A program made the position numbers and the translations under genes. Below are positions 60,521 to 64,000 of a stretch of DNA of 64,000 nucleotides, one piece after another. The notes under the pieces are model-generated. The model made no database searches and was not told the DNA's origin. It saw nothing but the letters and a program-made list of their open reading frames with translations. This DNA comes from Octopus bimaculoides (taxonomy: Eukaryota), in NCBI RefSeq assembly GCF_001194135.2, contig NC_068990.1, positions 71,864,685-71,928,684 on the forward strand, read 5' to 3'. How positions within the stretch are numbered: position 1 is the first letter of the stretch; every line of letters begins with the position of its first letter.

Positions 60521-61014
60521 CTTAAACCTTTTGCCTGTCTTGTGTATCATGTGATATACAGGATATGTTTCCTTGATCTCCATGCATCATATACAATACA
60601 CATTTTCAATTTTTTTTTCAACCACCAGAGTAACTTGAGAAAGGAAAGCTTTTATATTATTCAGAACATATGAACCAAACGCTAACTAAAAGTCTAAAAA
60701 CAAACATGGACATTTAGGACAAAATTATGAAAATGCTTTGGGGTTGATATAAGTAACTCTTACCTCACACCTAAATGCATTTGCTGAAACTTTTACAGAG
60801 TGACGTTATACAAAATTAAAATTATTGTACCTTTCATTTGGCAAAATGGAAGATGGTAGAATTAGGCAAATGCAATGAATTCCAATGAGTAGTGAGGAAC
60901 AAGGGGTGGGGCTGCTGTAAATTGTACCCTCTCCCTAAGAAGAGTTTGAAAGTAGACCAATTTTAGAGGCATTTGGGTACATCCTTCTTTCTAAAAGGCA
61001 ATATTTAATATTAA

Positions 61015-61770
61015 AGTAAGGCAGCGAGCTGGCAGAGTCATTAGCACACCAGGCAAAATGCTTAGCAGCATTTAATCTATCTTTGCATTCTGAGTTCAAA
61101 TTCTGCCAAGATTTATTTTCACTCTTTTAGGGTCGATGAAATAATTACCAGTTGAGCAATGGGGTCGATATAATTGATTTACCCTCTCCCTAAAATTACT
61201 AGCCTCGTACCAAAATTTGAAACTAATAATATTATTATTAGTAGTGGTCTTAGTTTTAGTGTTAGTAGCATAAATATTAGTATCATTATTATTAAAGTGG
61301 CAAGCTGACTGGCAGTATCGTTCTCATGCTGGACAAAATGCTTAGCAGTATTTAGTCTGTCTTTATGTTTTGACTTGACATTCTATCGAGGTCTACTTTG
61401 CCTTTCACCCTTTTGGAGCCGATAAAATAAGTACCAGTTGAGCACTGGGGTCAATGTAATCAACTTACCCAGTCCCCTGGAATTACTGGCCTTGTGCCAA
61501 AATTTGAAACCCATGTTTAATATTAAAATAAATGATAATTCTTTCTACTATAGGCACAAGGCCTGAAATTTTGGGGGAGGGGGCCAGTCTATTTGATCAA
61601 CCCCAGTACGCAACTAGTACTTAATTTATCGATTTTGAAAGGATGAAAAGCAAAGTTGACCTTGGCGAAATTTTAACTCAGAGCATAGCGATGGGCAAAA
61701 TACCACTAAGCACTTTGTCTGGTGTGCTAACATTTCAGCCAGCTTGCCGGCTTAAAATAAATGATAATAA
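61015..61770. mobile_element. Three SINE-B copies, the last two tail-to-tail inverted
   Basis: 61015-61225 (+), 61290-61515 (+), 61540-61751 (-, 17-bp flanking repeat TTAAAATAAATGATAAT at 61523 and 61752). Confidence 0.85.
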
Positions 61771-61799
61771 TAAATAATTTACCACTTCACTGTATCCCA

Positions 61800-62045
61800 G
61801 TATTGACCAGACTTTCGAATTTTATTATACACCACTAGGTACCATGATAGCTGGGCAAGGCAACATTCCCCTTGAATGGAATGCTAGTCTGTCATAGGGT
61901 TATCCATTTACAGCAGATTGGATTGGAATAATGTGAAATGATGTGTTTTGTTCAAGAACACAATGCACAACCAGTCTGAGAATTGAAGCCACAATATTAT
62001 GCTCTTGAGTGCAACATTATAACCACCAAGCCATGTGCCTTCACT
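61800..62045 (-). mobile_element. Family-D SINE
   Basis: TGTGAAATGATGTGTTTTGTTCAAGAACAC...AACCACCAAGCCATGTGCCTTCAC. Confidence 0.75.
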
Positions 62046-62273
62046 TTACCATTTACTGTAGTAAAGTGAACACACTTTCAATTAACCACTTACTGACCAT
62101 TAATTGTCAATCAAAAGTTGGAGCTTATTGTAGACTCTTGCTAAATTTAATAAATAACTTAATACATTCTTCTCATTTGAAAACAATTGTACTGCATCGA
62201 AACCTTTCACTGAGTGTGATAAGCATAAACACTTTTATGCGGTATCATAAAAATCTATTCAAAGAGGAGTTAG

Positions 62274-62319
<46 letters not shown>

Positions 62320-62585
62320 ATATGAATAGAAGGCAAAAGTTTATATTATTAATACAGAATACAGTAGTGTCCCTCAGATTAGCTATAATACTTTTGGTTT
62401 TGAATATTATTCAATTATGCAATAATGAAATTATTTTTGACACAAACTGGTCTAGTAGTTGGTTTAAATTTACTTATTAAAATCCAAAATACTATATATC
62501 ATCATCATCATCATATATATATATATATATATATACATAGATATAAAATGTGTGTGTGTGTACACATATACATATAAATATATAA

Positions 62586-62630
<45 letters not shown>

Positions 62631-62735
62631 TAGTTGTTGAATGATGTAAGTGCTCAACACTGCATTAATGGATAGAATTTTTTTATTTGTGTATTAAGGC
62701 TACCATTGGTTTCATGTTAAGAAAAATATCTTAAT

Positions 62736-62844
62736 ATCTTAACAACTTTTCAAGTTGATCACATGGAGGAACAGCGTTTGTCTCCATCCAAAATGGAGAT
62801 GAACACCATTTCTCCATGTGATCAGCTTGAAAAATTGTTAAGAT
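62736..62844. repeat. 52-bp gap-free inverted repeat with a 5-nt loop
   Basis: Arms 62736-62787 and 62793-62844, 44/52 identical, all 8 differences are transitions. Confidence 0.9.
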
Positions 62845-62879
62845 TTTATGATATATATATATATCTTTTTTTTACTTTT

Positions 62880-63090
62880 ATTTCTTTCAGTGATTATACT
62901 ACAGCTATGCTGGTGCATCTACTGAGAGAATTTTTAGTCAAATGAATCAACTCCAGTACTTATTTTTAAGCTTGGCTTTTATTCTATTGGAACTCTTTTG
63001 GTGAACTGCTAAGTTACACAGATGCAAACACATCAACTCCGGTTGTCAAGTGGTGGTGAGGGACAAACACAGACACAAACACAGACACAA
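62880..63090 (-). mobile_element. SINE family A 3' half
   Basis: TTTCTTTCAGTGATTATACTACAGCTATGCTGG...GGTTGTCAAGTGGTGGTGAGGGACAAAC. Confidence 0.75.
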
Positions 63091-63094
63091 ACAC

Positions 63095-63134
<40 letters not shown>

Positions 63135-63151
63135 GTATGTGTGTGTGTGTA

Positions 63152-63187
<36 letters not shown>

Positions 63188-63191
<4 letters not shown>

Positions 63192-63974
63192 GGGATACCC
63201 AAAGGAAACTGGAATTTTGTAACATTATTTTATTCACTTAGTTTCATATATTTACACTTTTATCGTCTTCAAAGTATTCTTCATTTGAAGCAATGCATCA
63301 GTCTAGGTGCATTTTCCACTGTTCAATGCAGTGCTGGAACTCTTGCAAAGCAATTCTTTTAATGCCTCCATCGTTTTTTATTTCTTCTTCGCCTCTTCTA
63401 CATCTACAAATTTTGTAGCACCAGCTTTTGTCACCAGTTATGAGCTTCAAAAAGGGGTCTGTATAAGCCTCCAACTGTTCTTTCAGTTCGCAATGCACAT
63501 TCAGTCGTGACTACTTTTGATCTTCCGTGAGCAATATCGCTGAAACTATTTTCATTTGCCATTCCTCACTCAAAATTCCTTGGCAAGAGCTCCAGGACAC
63601 ACCAGTCATATCAACAAGTTCATCAGTTATTTGGTGATGGTCCTCTAAGATCAGTTCATGAATTTTTATGATGTTTACATTCATTCAGGAAGTCAATGGA
63701 TGCCCTGAACAAGGTTGATCTTCAATCAACAAGTGGCCTTGTGAGCTGGCCACCATTTTCCCCAGCAAAAAATAGAATTTCATAGAAGCATGCAGTAATT
63801 TCATTTTAGCCATCGCAAAAATCAACAAACAGGAAAGGCACTGCAAAACAAAGATGCACCATTGTGGCAGTATGACTTCAATCAATAATGCCAGTTGGCA
63901 TACTGGTGCATGAGGGTTGGATCAAGTGATTTCTAGTGAAGGAACGTTTCCAGTTACTTTTGGGTACCTCCTTG
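63188..63974 (-). mobile_element. Internally deleted mariner with both TIRs
   Basis: 27-bp TIRs 21/27 identical, TA-flanked; HASMKFYFLLGK, LITGDKSWCY, QWKMHLD*CIASNEEYFEDDK. Confidence 0.9.
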
Positions 63975-64000
63975 TATATATATGTATATGTATATATATA

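Overview
AT-rich, microsatellite-rich eukaryotic scaffold with five N gaps. The repeat families and (TA)n-flanked gaps are most consistent with an Octopus genome (inference; no search run). No complete protein-coding gene, rRNA, tRNA gene or CRISPR array is visible. About half the window is transposon debris. It holds tRNA-headed SINEs of several modular families (my labels A, A2, B, C, D, G) and a very abundant unclassified repeat (E). It also holds RTE, R4/Dong and Penelope-like (PLE) retroelement fragments, three Tc1/mariner relics, and piggyBac-type and hAT-type MITEs. A CpG-retaining region at about 52.7-56.8 kb contains a likely promoter and first exon on the minus strand, ending in a perfect AAG|GTAAGT donor at 56161/56160. 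Most of the window is therefore probably intron of one unidentified minus-strand gene, with a candidate 23-nt micro-exon, a candidate terminal exon and several homeodomain-site clusters. The most unusual elements are a minimal type I hammerhead ribozyme of the PLE type (15244-15321, sense to that gene), a second core-less hammerhead relic, a gap-free 52-bp hairpin (62736-62844), and an unidentified coding-like relic that can be rebuilt by removing a SINE (7283-7760). SINE and LINE boundaries are read by eye and approximate.
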